Sequence record: NZ_AP019754.1
Strand: one strand, 5' to 3'
Length of the DNA stretch: 64,000 bases
DNA from: a plasmid
Shown here: in pieces, positions 32,075 to 41,940 of the stretch
Numbering within the stretch: position 1 is the first letter of the stretch
How the letters are laid out: the number at the start of each line of letters is the position of its first letter
Translations under genes and position numbers: made by a program
Notes under the pieces: generated by a model
Seen by the model: only the letters and a program-made list of their open reading frames with translations
The model's database searches: none
What the model was told of the DNA's origin: nothing

Positions 32075-33007
32075 ATGTTTGCATACATCCTTCGCCGATT
32101 ACTGGAGATGATCCCGGTTTTGCTGGTGGTCTCGCTGCTGGTTTTCGGTTTTATCAAGCTGCTGCCGGGCGACCCGGCGCGCATCTATGCTGGACCGGAT
32201 GCGCCCATTGAGGCGGTTGAAGCGGCGCGTCAGCACCTTGGGCTTAACGATTCGCTGCCACAGCAGTACGTCCACTGGATCGATAGCCTGTTACACGGCG
32301 ATCTTGGCACCACCTACCGCACCCAGCAACCGGTGCTGCAGGTGATTAAACAGGGCTTCATGCCAACGCTTTGGCTCGCCTTAGCGGGGTTTGCCTGGTC
32401 AGTGATTCTCGGCCTCGTACTTGGCGTTCTTGCGGCACTGAAGCGAGGAAAATGGCAAGACTGGACGCTGATGAGCATGGCGGTGGGCGGTATCTCAATG
32501 CCTGCTTTCTGGCTGGGTCTGTTGCTGATCCAGTTCGTCGCGATGCCTTTTGGGCTGTTCTCAGTCAGCGGTTTCAACAAAGCCAGTGATATTGTCCTGC
32601 CCGCCATCACGCTGGGTTCGTCAGTGGCGGCAGTGATGGCTCGGTTTACCCGCTCAGCCTTCCTGGAGGTGGCGCAGGAAGATTACGTGCGGACCGCCAA
32701 AGCCAAAGGACTGCGTAACCGCCTCGTGACGTGGAAACATGTGATGCGTAATGCACTCATTCCGGTGATTACCATGCTCGGTTTGCAGTTCGGTTTTCTG
32801 CTGGGCGGCTCCATCGTCGTGGAGAGCGTCTTCAACTGGCCGGGGTTAGGCTGGTTGTTGATTGAGTCGATAAAAGCGCAGGATCAGCCGGTTATTCAGG
32901 CGCTGGTGATGCTGTTCGTGTTTGAATTTATTGTCATTAATCTGCTGGTCGATCTGCTTTACGCGGTCGTCAATCCGGCGATTCGTCTGCGACAGGAGCC
33001 GAGATGA
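32075..33007 (+). CDS. Peptide ABC transporter permease (DppB-like)
   Basis: 310 aa with the binding-protein-dependent permease EAA-like loop. Confidence 0.85.
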   Translation: MFAYILRRLLEMIPVLLVVSLLVFGFIKLLPGDPARIYAGPDAPIEAVEAARQHLGLNDSLPQQYVHWIDSLLHGDLGTTYRTQQPVLQVIKQGFMPTLWLALAGFAWSVILGLVLGVLAALKRGKWQDWTLMSMAVGGISMPAFWLGLLLIQFVAMPFGLFSVSGFNKASDIVLPAITLGSSVAAVMARFTRSAFLEVAQEDYVRTAKAKGLRNRLVTWKHVMRNALIPVITMLGLQFGFLLGGSIVVESVFNWPGLGWLLIESIKAQDQPVIQALVMLFVFEFIVINLLVDLLYAVVNPAIRLRQEPR

Positions 33008-33888
33008 GTATTCAATCGCTGACTGAAAACCCGCCTCAGGTCATCCGTTCGCCGTGGCGCGATTTCCTGCATGCCTTTGTGCGTAATCCTCTGGCGCTGG
33101 TCTCAGGCGGATTTGTACTGTTGTTGATCGTGGTGGCGATCTTTGCGCCCTGGCTGGCCCCCTGGGATCCGATGGCACCAGACTGGATGGCGTTGTCGTC
33201 ACCGCCCAGCGCGGCACACTGGATGGGAACCGACGAGCTGGGGCGTGATCTGCTCAGTCGCATTATCTATGGGGCGCGTATCTCGCTCTATGTCGGCGTG
33301 CTGTCCGTAACGCTCGGCATGATTGTCGGTGTGGTGTTGGGTTTACTGGCAGGCTATTACGGCGGCTGGGTCGATATGCTGATCATGCGCGGCGCCGACG
33401 TGTTATTCGCTTTTCCCGGCATGTTACTGGCCATTGCGGTTGTCGCGCTACTTGGAACCGGCCTGAACAATGTGATCATCGCGGTCGCGGTGTTCAGCGT
33501 ACCCGTTTTTGCCCGTATTGTGCGCGCCTCGACGCTGTCATTGAGACAGGCCGCCTATGTGGAAGCCGTTCGCTGTGCCGGTGCACCCGATCGCATCATT
33601 ATCCTGCGACATATTTTGCCCGGTACGCTTTCCAGCGTGATTGTCTACTTCACTATGCGCATCGGCACCAGTATTCTCACCGCAGCGGGCTTAAGCTTTA
33701 TTGGCCTGGGGCCGGAGCCGGATGTGCCTGAATGGGGTAATATTCTGGCGATGAGCCGGAGCATGATGATGGCTGGCGCATGGCACATGAGCGTGTTTCC
33801 GGGGCTGGCGATTTTTATCACGGTGCTGGCGTTCAACCTGCTCGGCGACGCGCTGCGCGATACGCTCGACCCGAAACTGAAGAGCTGA
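33004..33888 (+). CDS. Peptide ABC transporter permease (DppC-like)
   Basis: 294 aa, overlaps the upstream permease stop. Confidence 0.85.
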   Translation: MSIQSLTENPPQVIRSPWRDFLHAFVRNPLALVSGGFVLLLIVVAIFAPWLAPWDPMAPDWMALSSPPSAAHWMGTDELGRDLLSRIIYGARISLYVGVLSVTLGMIVGVVLGLLAGYYGGWVDMLIMRGADVLFAFPGMLLAIAVVALLGTGLNNVIIAVAVFSVPVFARIVRASTLSLRQAAYVEAVRCAGAPDRIIILRHILPGTLSSVIVYFTMRIGTSILTAAGLSFIGLGPEPDVPEWGNILAMSRSMMMAGAWHMSVFPGLAIFITVLAFNLLGDALRDTLDPKLKS

Positions 33889-33890
33889 CC

Positions 33891-34934
33891 ATGGATTTTC
33901 AACAATTGCAGCGCGATCTGCTGCTAAACCACTGGCGTCACGCGCGTACGTTGGGACAGCCGCGCGGCGCTTGCGGGCCCGGCAATCGAATCAGCGATGT
34001 TGCCGGCGTGCGCGTCGGACATTACACGCTGAATGATGGAGAAAGGCAGACTGGCGTCACCGCTATCGTTCCGCCGGGCGACAATGTGTTTCTCACGCCG
34101 CTGCCGTGTGGCGCGGAAGTGCTCAATGGCTTTGCAAAACCGGTCGGGCTGGTACAGGTCGAGGAGCTTGGCGTGTTACAGACGCCGATTCTGCTCAGCA
34201 ACACGCTGGCGGTGGGCACGCTGTTTACCACGCTGGTCCGGGATGCCATCCGTCGTAATCCGGAGCTGGGGCGGACCTTGCCCACGGTAAATCCGCTGGC
34301 ACTGGAGTGCAACGATGGCTGGCTTAATGATATCCAGTCGTTGTCCATCAGCGAGGCGATGGCGCAGGCGGCATTGCGCACGGCCGCCGCCGATTTTGCA
34401 CGCGGCAGCGTCGGGGCAGGGCGCGGGATGAGCTGTTTTAGCCTGAAGGGCGGGATCGGCACGGCCTCTCGTGTTATTCCCTCGCTCAACGCCACGCTCG
34501 GGGTGCTGGTGCTGGCAAATTTTGGTTCGCTAAGCGCATTAACGCTTGACGGTGTGCGACTCGGCGACATGATAGCGCCGCTGCTGGCCGGGCAACCGCC
34601 GCAGCGTGATGCCGGCTCTGTCATCATCGTTATGGCCACGGATGCGCCACTGGATGCGCGTCAGTTGAAACGGATTGCCCGGCGTGCCGGCGCCGGCCTT
34701 GGACGGCTGGGCAGCTACTGGGGCCACGGTTCAGGCGATATTGCCGTGGCGTTCTCAACGCAACCCCTGCCGCAACCACCTCAGGATGACCAGCTGGAGC
34801 CGCTGCTTGCCGCCGCGGCAGATGCAACCGAACAGGCTGTTCTGGATGCCTTGTTGAGCGCGGAGGCCGTCACCGGCTTTCGTGGTCACCATCGGCCCTC
34901 ACTGACTCAGATTCTGGACAAATTAACCGCATGA
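33891..34934 (+). CDS. P1/S58-family aminopeptidase (DmpA-like L-aminopeptidase/D-Ala-esterase/amidase)
   Basis: 348 aa from the ATG at 33891. It has the Ntn-hydrolase DmpA/ArgJ-like pattern, with an autoproteolysis-site region (…GSVGAGRG…) and a C-terminal GHGSGDIAVAFST. Confidence 0.65.
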   Translation: MDFQQLQRDLLLNHWRHARTLGQPRGACGPGNRISDVAGVRVGHYTLNDGERQTGVTAIVPPGDNVFLTPLPCGAEVLNGFAKPVGLVQVEELGVLQTPILLSNTLAVGTLFTTLVRDAIRRNPELGRTLPTVNPLALECNDGWLNDIQSLSISEAMAQAALRTAAADFARGSVGAGRGMSCFSLKGGIGTASRVIPSLNATLGVLVLANFGSLSALTLDGVRLGDMIAPLLAGQPPQRDAGSVIIVMATDAPLDARQLKRIARRAGAGLGRLGSYWGHGSGDIAVAFSTQPLPQPPQDDQLEPLLAAAADATEQAVLDALLSAEAVTGFRGHHRPSLTQILDKLTA

Positions 34935-35755
34935 AAATTTTTATCTCTGCCGATATTGAAGGTATCGCGGGCGTCATGCGCCCGGAGCACTGCACACCAG
35001 GCAACCCGGAATATCAGATGGCCCGGGGGCTGATGGAACAGGAAGTCAATGCCGCGATTGAGGGGGCGTTCGCGGGGGGCGCAACGGAGGTGGTGGTCGC
35101 CGACAGCCATGCGCAAATGACCAATTTACGTGCGGAAAATATTGATCCACGCGCCCGACTGGTGCAGGGTAAACCTCGCGGTCTGTCTATGGTTGAAGGG
35201 ATCGAGCAGCAGACGTTCGACGGATTATTTCTGGTGGGCTATCACAGCGCAGCAGGCGAACCTGGCGTACTGGCGCACACCATTAACGGCCGCGCATTCT
35301 GGCGTATCCATATCAATGGCCTTGTGATGGGGGAAACCGACATTTATGCCGCCGCTGCCGCTGAACAGGGTACGCCTCTGTTGTTGGTCACCGGCGACGA
35401 TCAGCTCCAGAGCTGGATAGCAGAATATTATCCCACGGTTGATTACGTCTGTGTAAAACGCGCCATTTCCCACACCTGCGCGGAATCCATCAGCCCCAAA
35501 GCGGCGCAGCGTGCAATATGCGCCGCGGCAAGCGCCGCACTGCAGCATTCACATCAGGCAAGCACGACTCGCCTGGCCGCGCCTTATCGCATGCAGCTCC
35601 AGGCCAGCAAACCCGTGCTGGCCGATCTGTTTAGCCTGATTCCTGGTGTCACGCGCATTGATGCGGTTACCGTGGAGTATCAGGCGGAGCGGATGGGTAC
35701 GTTGATCGGCTTGCTCAGTGCCTTTTCCTATCTGGCGAGTACCCAATCGTCATAA
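34931..35755 (+). CDS. M55-family D-aminopeptidase (Bacillus DppA-like)
   Basis: 274 aa with an N-terminal MKIFISADIEGIAGV identical in style to D-Ala-D-Ala aminopeptidase DppA. It overlaps the upstream stop. Confidence 0.7.
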   Translation: MKIFISADIEGIAGVMRPEHCTPGNPEYQMARGLMEQEVNAAIEGAFAGGATEVVVADSHAQMTNLRAENIDPRARLVQGKPRGLSMVEGIEQQTFDGLFLVGYHSAAGEPGVLAHTINGRAFWRIHINGLVMGETDIYAAAAAEQGTPLLLVTGDDQLQSWIAEYYPTVDYVCVKRAISHTCAESISPKAAQRAICAAASAALQHSHQASTTRLAAPYRMQLQASKPVLADLFSLIPGVTRIDAVTVEYQAERMGTLIGLLSAFSYLASTQSS

Positions 35756-36229
35756 GAGGATGTGCGTATCGGCAGCGGCAACGTTAGCGCGCCTGTTCTG
35801 CTGCCCTGAAACACCGCTGCCATACAGGATTACCCATCGGCCAACCGCGCGGCTGGCCATCCAGCGATGTCGCTTCCGTTGCACCACGATGGGGCGAACG
35901 CCTGTCCGGACAGCGTTTCCATTCTGTCCGGCCCGGAGGTGCAAAAAACAGCGCGGCAGAGCCCATTTCATCTCCTCTCTTCAGACGCAGTCATCGACTC
36001 ATACCGATAGCCAGATGAAGGTCGGCGACTCAGCCACCGTCAGCTTTACGGTACAAATTTTGCAAGAGAGCAGGGATTGCCATGTAATAACCCAGGGTTT
36101 GGGCTCTGCCAGAAAGCGGTTGCAGGCTTTCCCGTAAAGTTGCGGTGTTGGCAGTCTCATGCAGGCACTGCTGTAAAAGGGTGGTGACAACGGCCTGCGG
36201 TCAGGTGAATCCAGTTAAGGTGAATAATA

Positions 36230-37147
36230 ATGCGGCTCCGTCACATAGAGGTATTTCAGGCCATCGTACAGACCGGTAGCATCAGCGCTGCAGCGCGCTT
36301 GCTGAATGTGTCCCAGCCGAATATCAGCCGCGTGCTGAATCATGCGGAACAGCAATTGGGTTTTGCACTGTTTGAGCGACGGATACAGGGAATGAGCGTC
36401 ACGGCGGAAGGACGACGCCTGCTGCCCGAAGTAGAAGATCTTTATCAACGTTTGCAATCCATTACTCAACTCACCGAACAACTTCGACGCGGCGAAGGGC
36501 AGATAGTCCGCGTGGGTGCGGCTCACGCGTTCGGTCAAATGGTGCTGGCACCCGCATTGGTCACCTGGCGACAACAGGTGGCCTCGGTCAGTGTCGAACT
36601 GGTCACGGAGCACTTCAAGACTTTGTGCCAAATGATTCTGGAAAATCAGCTTGATTTCGCCCTGGTGTTTGGTCAACAGGTGGATGCAGACCTTTTGGCT
36701 GAACCGCTGTTCCAGTCTTCCATGGTGGCGCTGCTGCCGCTCAATCATCCCCAGCATGAACCCGTTTCGCTGGAGTGGTTATGCAGCAATAATCTGCTGA
36801 TGATGCAGACCCAGGATCCGCTTGGGCGCGTATTACACCGCGCGCTGCGCGATAAAAAGCTGAATCCCGCTGTGTCACTGTCGATTAAAACCTATTCGGT
36901 GATTGCGGATATGGTCCTGGCAGGCGGCGGCGTGGGCGTCGTGGATCTGTTCACGGCATGCCGCTATGCCGACCAGCTAAAATTGCTCCCCGTCGCGCAA
37001 CCGTTGCCGTTTGAAGTGATGCTGATCAGCCGTCGTGATAAACCCCAGTCACAGTCCACCCTGCAACTTAAGCAGGTAATACGTAACAGGCTGTGGGAGA
37101 TTGCCCGACAGTGCGAAGCACAGTTTCTGGTTGAGAAAGCAAGCTAA
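36230..37147 (+). CDS. LysR-family transcriptional regulator
   Basis: The N-terminal HTH (RLRHIEVFQAIVQTGSISAAARLLNVSQPNISRVL) is followed by a substrate-binding domain. Confidence 0.85.
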   Translation: MRLRHIEVFQAIVQTGSISAAARLLNVSQPNISRVLNHAEQQLGFALFERRIQGMSVTAEGRRLLPEVEDLYQRLQSITQLTEQLRRGEGQIVRVGAAHAFGQMVLAPALVTWRQQVASVSVELVTEHFKTLCQMILENQLDFALVFGQQVDADLLAEPLFQSSMVALLPLNHPQHEPVSLEWLCSNNLLMMQTQDPLGRVLHRALRDKKLNPAVSLSIKTYSVIADMVLAGGGVGVVDLFTACRYADQLKLLPVAQPLPFEVMLISRRDKPQSQSTLQLKQVIRNRLWEIARQCEAQFLVEKAS

Positions 37148-37329
37148 AAACGGCTTCTGGTGAATCTGGTGGTACACCTGCTATCGGCAAAGGTTTGCGT
37201 CACTGTTTTGCCTTTTGAAACCTGTTCTGGTCGTCCCGGTGCAGTCAGGGATACTTATTTCTTTTAAAGACATCCGGCGCTTTCTGTCCCCGTCAGTTGT
37301 TCCGGCAGGGACTGAGAAGGGCACACACT

Positions 37330-39387
37330 TTACTTCTGAATCCAGCAAGGGCCCGGCCTGCCAAAGAGGTATCCCTGAAGTAACGGACACTCATTCGTCT
37401 TTAGCCACTCCGCCTGGGCAGGCGTTTCCACGCCCTCTGCGGTCACTTCAACCTGGAGTTGACGGCAGAGTGAAAGAACGGAGCTGACGATGGCTGCCGC
37501 TCCGGAGTCCAGGTGCAGATCGTTGATAAACGACCTGTCTATTTTTATCCTGCTGAACAGTCCGGAACTGAGGTGGTTCAGTGAAGAAAAGCCCGTACCA
37601 AAATCATCCAGTACGATATGAATTCCGGTATCCCTGAACCTGCGAATCATTTCGTAACTGCCTTCGGGGTTGTCGAACAGCGCCGACTCGGTGATTTCGA
37701 GCTCCAGCCGGTTTGGGTGCAGCCCACTCTCAATAAGAACCGTTTTCACCCTGTTGGCCAGCTGTGGATCACGAAACTGACGGGGCGAGATATTAACTGC
37801 CACGCGTTCGTGCCCTGACCACTCCGCCATATCGTTGCAGGCTCGCTCAAGCGCGAATGCGCCAATATCATGAATAAGCCCGGTTTTTTCAGCGAGCGGG
37901 ATGAACACGTCAGGCGAAACATTTCCCCTTACAGGATGATTCCAGCGCAGCAGGGCTTCATAGGAAACCACTTCCTCACTGATGCTGCAGACGACGGGCT
38001 GATAAAAAATCTGCAGCTCACCGTTCTCGAGCGCGCCACGCAGGTCATTTTCCAGGCTAAAGCGCTCTGCCGCCGAACTGGCTAGCTCATCGGTAAAAAT
38101 TACCCAGCCTTTGCGCCCGGCTGACTTGGCAGCGTAGAGGGCGATATCGGCTGCCGATAACATGCTTTCGGCATCTCGCGCATAGCCCGGAAAGAGGCAA
38201 ACCCCGAAGCTGCAACCCGAGGTGACTTTCCGCCCTTTCAGCATGAAGGGCTCCTTCAGGACCATCGTCAGGCGCGATGCTGTTTCGCTTGCGTCTTCTG
38301 CCGAGCTAATGCCGGGCAAAACGGCAACGAACTCGTCACCGCCCGTGCGGGCCAGAATGTCGCCCGGGCGCAGGACTGACAGCAGCCGTGCTGAAACCTC
38401 AATGAGCAAGGTATCGCCCGCCGCGTGACCCAGAACGTCGTTGACGCTTTTAAACCGGTCGATGTCAGACACCATGACCGCAAAGGGTTCGTCACCGTCC
38501 AGAAGCGTTTCAAGCTCAGGCATCAGGCCACGGCGGTTGAGAAGCCCTGTCAGCGGATCATGAAGGGCCAGATGGTTCGCTCTGACCGCAGCCTGATACT
38601 CCGCCGTGACGTCCAGTATGGTATACAGGAGATAGTCATCTCCGCCGCCCGAATTCAGCCTTTCGGCGGAAATCCGTAATGAAAATTCCGGCTCATTATC
38701 GCCCGAAGAAACCGTTTCACTAAAGCCCTGGTCGGGAAGGAGGTCAAATGCCTGCCTGAACACAGCCGCGAGATTGTCTGGCAGGCCCGCAGGCAGGGCG
38801 GTTCGGGTATTCCCACTGCGTACCCGTTCTTGCAGACAGGACAAATTCATGGCCGTCGGGTTCGCGCGTATGATGTCCCCCGATGCAACGTCACACAGGA
38901 TGAGCGCGCAAGGCGTGTGGCTGAATACGGCGTCGAGCACCTTATTTGTGTCTGATAACTCGGTTTCCCTTTTCAGGATAACTTTTTGAGCGATGCGGAG
39001 CGCCGCCCTTTCCTGATAGCCTTGTGAAACGTCACGCACGATTTTGATAAAGGCCGCATTATCTTCATCGGACGGATTGAGAAATTCTATTTCAACTGAT
39101 GCCCGAAACGCGCTGCCGTTTTTGCGCAGGCGCCAGCCCTCTCCTGTGAACTTGCCGCGCTCACGGGCCTCCCTCAGGTTGGCCTCAGGGATATTCCTGG
39201 CCTGCTCATCTTCATCATAAAAAACCGAAATATGCTGCCCTCGGATATCGCGGCTATCCCATCCCTTGATCTCACGGCATCCAAGATTCCAGCTCATCAC
39301 TTCTCCGGTGGAAGACAGCAGATATATCGCACAAAGAGACGTTCTGGCCACGGCGGCCCCCAGTTGGTCATTGGTTACGGATTTCAT
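37330..39387 (-). CDS. PAS–GGDEF–EAL c-di-GMP signalling protein
   Basis: 685 aa with an N-terminal PAS domain, a GGDEF site (RTGGDEFVAV) and an EAL domain (YEALLRW, ELEITES, DDFGTG). Confidence 0.85.
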   Translation of the reverse strand: MKSVTNDQLGAAVARTSLCAIYLLSSTGEVMSWNLGCREIKGWDSRDIRGQHISVFYDEDEQARNIPEANLREARERGKFTGEGWRLRKNGSAFRASVEIEFLNPSDEDNAAFIKIVRDVSQGYQERAALRIAQKVILKRETELSDTNKVLDAVFSHTPCALILCDVASGDIIRANPTAMNLSCLQERVRSGNTRTALPAGLPDNLAAVFRQAFDLLPDQGFSETVSSGDNEPEFSLRISAERLNSGGGDDYLLYTILDVTAEYQAAVRANHLALHDPLTGLLNRRGLMPELETLLDGDEPFAVMVSDIDRFKSVNDVLGHAAGDTLLIEVSARLLSVLRPGDILARTGGDEFVAVLPGISSAEDASETASRLTMVLKEPFMLKGRKVTSGCSFGVCLFPGYARDAESMLSAADIALYAAKSAGRKGWVIFTDELASSAAERFSLENDLRGALENGELQIFYQPVVCSISEEVVSYEALLRWNHPVRGNVSPDVFIPLAEKTGLIHDIGAFALERACNDMAEWSGHERVAVNISPRQFRDPQLANRVKTVLIESGLHPNRLELEITESALFDNPEGSYEMIRRFRDTGIHIVLDDFGTGFSSLNHLSSGLFSRIKIDRSFINDLHLDSGAAAIVSSVLSLCRQLQVEVTAEGVETPAQAEWLKTNECPLLQGYLFGRPGPCWIQK

Positions 39388-39785
39388 GTGGCTATCCTTG
39401 ATGAGTTCATCGACCTGTTCGGAGATGATCTGGCGTTAAAAACGATTATCGGCGCCGTTAGCCAGAAACAGAGACAAAAATTTGTAAAAATTTAGTTAGA
39501 GGCCATATTACGCCACCTGTCTGGACCAGCCCAATCATAATGCACACGGGACTTAGCAGCGTTCGCTTTTCGCTGTAGAGTCAGTCGTTTCACGCACAAT
39601 TAATTTTTTAAAAGTCTGCCGCAAGTGACTTAATGCAAATCCAAACAGCGCTATCTGCTGTACGCATTCTGGAGGCACCGATCTCACCAATACGGTTATC
39701 ATCCCGCAAAAAGCGCGGAAGCCTTTTGCCGCTATCCTGTTTATGTGTTTAGATTGATAGAAATCTATCATCACCAGGCTGAGTA

Positions 39786-40808
39786 ATGAAAAAAATCTCT
39801 ATGTCAGCGGTGGCACGAGCAGCCGGCGTGGGCGTCGCTACCGTGGATCGCGTGCTTAACAACAGAGCTTCTGTTAAACAGGAAACCCGGCAACGGGTCC
39901 TGCGCGCCGCTGAAGCCTTAGGCTACCGTGAAGACCTCATTAAGGTCATGACGCCGGACGCGACAGCGGCCAACATCCCCGTGCGCATCGGGTTCATTCT
40001 GCTGCCCAATAATTATTCTTTTTATCAGGTACTTTCAGAAGAAATCAGTCGATGCGCAGAGGGAAAACTGGCGACGAAACCGGCGTTTATGTGGGCCGAT
40101 ATTCACGATGTGGAGAACGTCGTATCGTCTCTGGAAGCGCTGGCAGAACGTGTTGATATCATCGGGCTTGTTGCTCTGGATCATCCCCTTATACGACATA
40201 CGATTAAGCAGCTTTCCGCCTCAGGTGTGCAAATTTTCACGTTGTTTTCTGATCTCTCTCCCTGTGGTCAGGCGGGCTATATCGGGCTGGATAACCTCAA
40301 AGCAGGACGTACGGCGGGATGGTTTGCTGAACGCATGACAGAAAAAGAAAGTGTGATTGGCGTGCTACTGGGTGACCACCGTTTCAACTGCCAGGAAAGC
40401 TGTGAAATAAGCTTTCGTTCATACCTGCGTGAAAACAGAAAAGATGCCGTGGTTCTGGAGCCTCTCCAGACGCTTGAATGTATCAATGGGGGCTATCTGG
40501 CCGCGACGCAGCTGCTGAAAGACAACCCATTCATTACAATAATTTATGCGCCATGTGGTGGTGTGGAAGGGGTGATTAAAGCCGTTTCTGAAAGCCCGCG
40601 GGATGATATAAAAATTCTCTGTCATGGTCCGTTTATCGGCGATGAAATGGCGCTGATTGAGGGACAGATCGACATCATGATACGTCACCGCATTGATGCC
40701 GTGGCTGAAAAGATCGTCTCTGTTTTTATCAGCAGATATCAAGAGAACGATCGCAATCCGGTTTACGTTACCCTGCCTTTCGATCTCATCACTCGGGAAA
40801 ATATCTGA
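39786..40808 (+). CDS. LacI-family transcriptional regulator
   Basis: The N-terminal HTH (MSAVARAAGVGVATVDRVLNNRASV) is followed by a periplasmic-binding-protein-like domain. Confidence 0.85.
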   Translation: MKKISMSAVARAAGVGVATVDRVLNNRASVKQETRQRVLRAAEALGYREDLIKVMTPDATAANIPVRIGFILLPNNYSFYQVLSEEISRCAEGKLATKPAFMWADIHDVENVVSSLEALAERVDIIGLVALDHPLIRHTIKQLSASGVQIFTLFSDLSPCGQAGYIGLDNLKAGRTAGWFAERMTEKESVIGVLLGDHRFNCQESCEISFRSYLRENRKDAVVLEPLQTLECINGGYLAATQLLKDNPFITIIYAPCGGVEGVIKAVSESPRDDIKILCHGPFIGDEMALIEGQIDIMIRHRIDAVAEKIVSVFISRYQENDRNPVYVTLPFDLITRENI

Positions 40809-41023
40809 ATCACTCCGGCTTCTGCCGAAGGCTTACGCAGCCTGCATTTGATGTAAAACAATCAAATAAATGATATAAAAAAATCATGATCGCTATCAAA
40901 TAACTCACTTCGAAGGGTTGCCGGTGTTAAAAAACCGGCGCAATACTGCGCGCATTGAGCCAGACGATTGCCGTCGGGGCGCTCAGTGTTCATCAGTGTT
41001 GCCGCATCCGGAGAAAAAACATC

Positions 41024-41929
41024 ATGACGATTTCCATCGCGACTGCGCCCTGCAGCTGGGGAGTGGATGACCCGAAGAATCCTTTTCTTCCCCCCTGGCA
41101 GAGCGTGCTTAAAGAAGCCGCGCTTGCAGGTTATAAAAGCCTGGAACTGGGGCCGTGGGGATATTTGCCCGTCCAGCCGGATGCGCTAAAAGCTGCGCTT
41201 GCCGAATTCCAGCTGTCGATCGTTGCTGGCACCCTTTTCGACGATTTGGTGAGTGAAGAGAACTTTCCGGCCATGATCGCGCTGACCCATAAAATCTGTC
41301 ACAACCTGAGCTTCCTTTCCGAACAGGGCAAACCTACACCTTATCTCGTCATCATCGATTTCGGCGATCCTGAACGGGCAGCCACCGCGGGCCAGTCTGA
41401 AAAAGCGCCACGACTGAACGACAGCGACTGGCAGACCATGATGAGACATATCACCGTTCTGAGTGAGATCGCCTGGAAAGAGTACGGTGTCAGACCGGTC
41501 ATTCATCCCCATGCAGGCGGCTGCATTGAGTTTGCCGATGAACTGGAAAGGCTGGTTCGCGATATTCCTCATAGCGTTGCCGGCCTTTGTCTGGATACCG
41601 GCCATTTGTATTACGCCGGCATGGATCCTGTTGCTGCGCTGGAACGTTACTGGGACCGGATTGATTACCTTCATTTCAAAGACGTCAACGAGGTTGTCTG
41701 GCGTCAGGCCATCAAACAAGGGCTGGATTTTTTCACCGCCTGTGCCCAGGGCGTCATGTGCCCACTTGGCAGCGGCGCTATCAACTATCCCGATGTCCAC
41801 GCATTTCTGCGCCAGCGCCATTATCAGGGCTGGATCACTATTGAACAGGAAAGGGATCCGCGTGATGCGGACACCAGCCTGCGTGACGTCACAGCAAGTC
41901 TGCACTATCTGCACTCAGTCGGTTTTTAA
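41024..41929 (+). CDS. Xylose-isomerase-like TIM-barrel enzyme (IolE/inosose-dehydratase- or sugar-epimerase-like)
   Basis: 302 aa from the ATG at 41024 (GGAG 9 nt upstream). It has the AP-endonuclease-2/xylose-isomerase TIM-barrel pattern, including a metal-binding HPHAGG…D…H…E. Confidence 0.6.
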   Translation: MTISIATAPCSWGVDDPKNPFLPPWQSVLKEAALAGYKSLELGPWGYLPVQPDALKAALAEFQLSIVAGTLFDDLVSEENFPAMIALTHKICHNLSFLSEQGKPTPYLVIIDFGDPERAATAGQSEKAPRLNDSDWQTMMRHITVLSEIAWKEYGVRPVIHPHAGGCIEFADELERLVRDIPHSVAGLCLDTGHLYYAGMDPVAALERYWDRIDYLHFKDVNEVVWRQAIKQGLDFFTACAQGVMCPLGSGAINYPDVHAFLRQRHYQGWITIEQERDPRDADTSLRDVTASLHYLHSVGF

Positions 41930-41940
41930 GGAGAAAGGTC

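Noticed and set aside
34022-34639. 205-aa minus-strand ORF opposite the S58 aminopeptidase gene
   Set aside because: It is antisense to a confidently assigned plus-strand gene and is Ser/Ala/Pro-rich. It is a spurious shadow ORF.
36215-36757. 180-aa minus-strand ORF overlapping the LysR regulator
   Set aside because: It sits fully inside the LysR coding sequence on the opposite strand and has no supporting features.
41186-41914. 242-aa minus-strand ORF opposite the first TIM-barrel gene
   Set aside because: It is an antisense shadow of the plus-strand gene. The plus-strand product has a recognisable xylose-isomerase-like fold pattern and this one does not.
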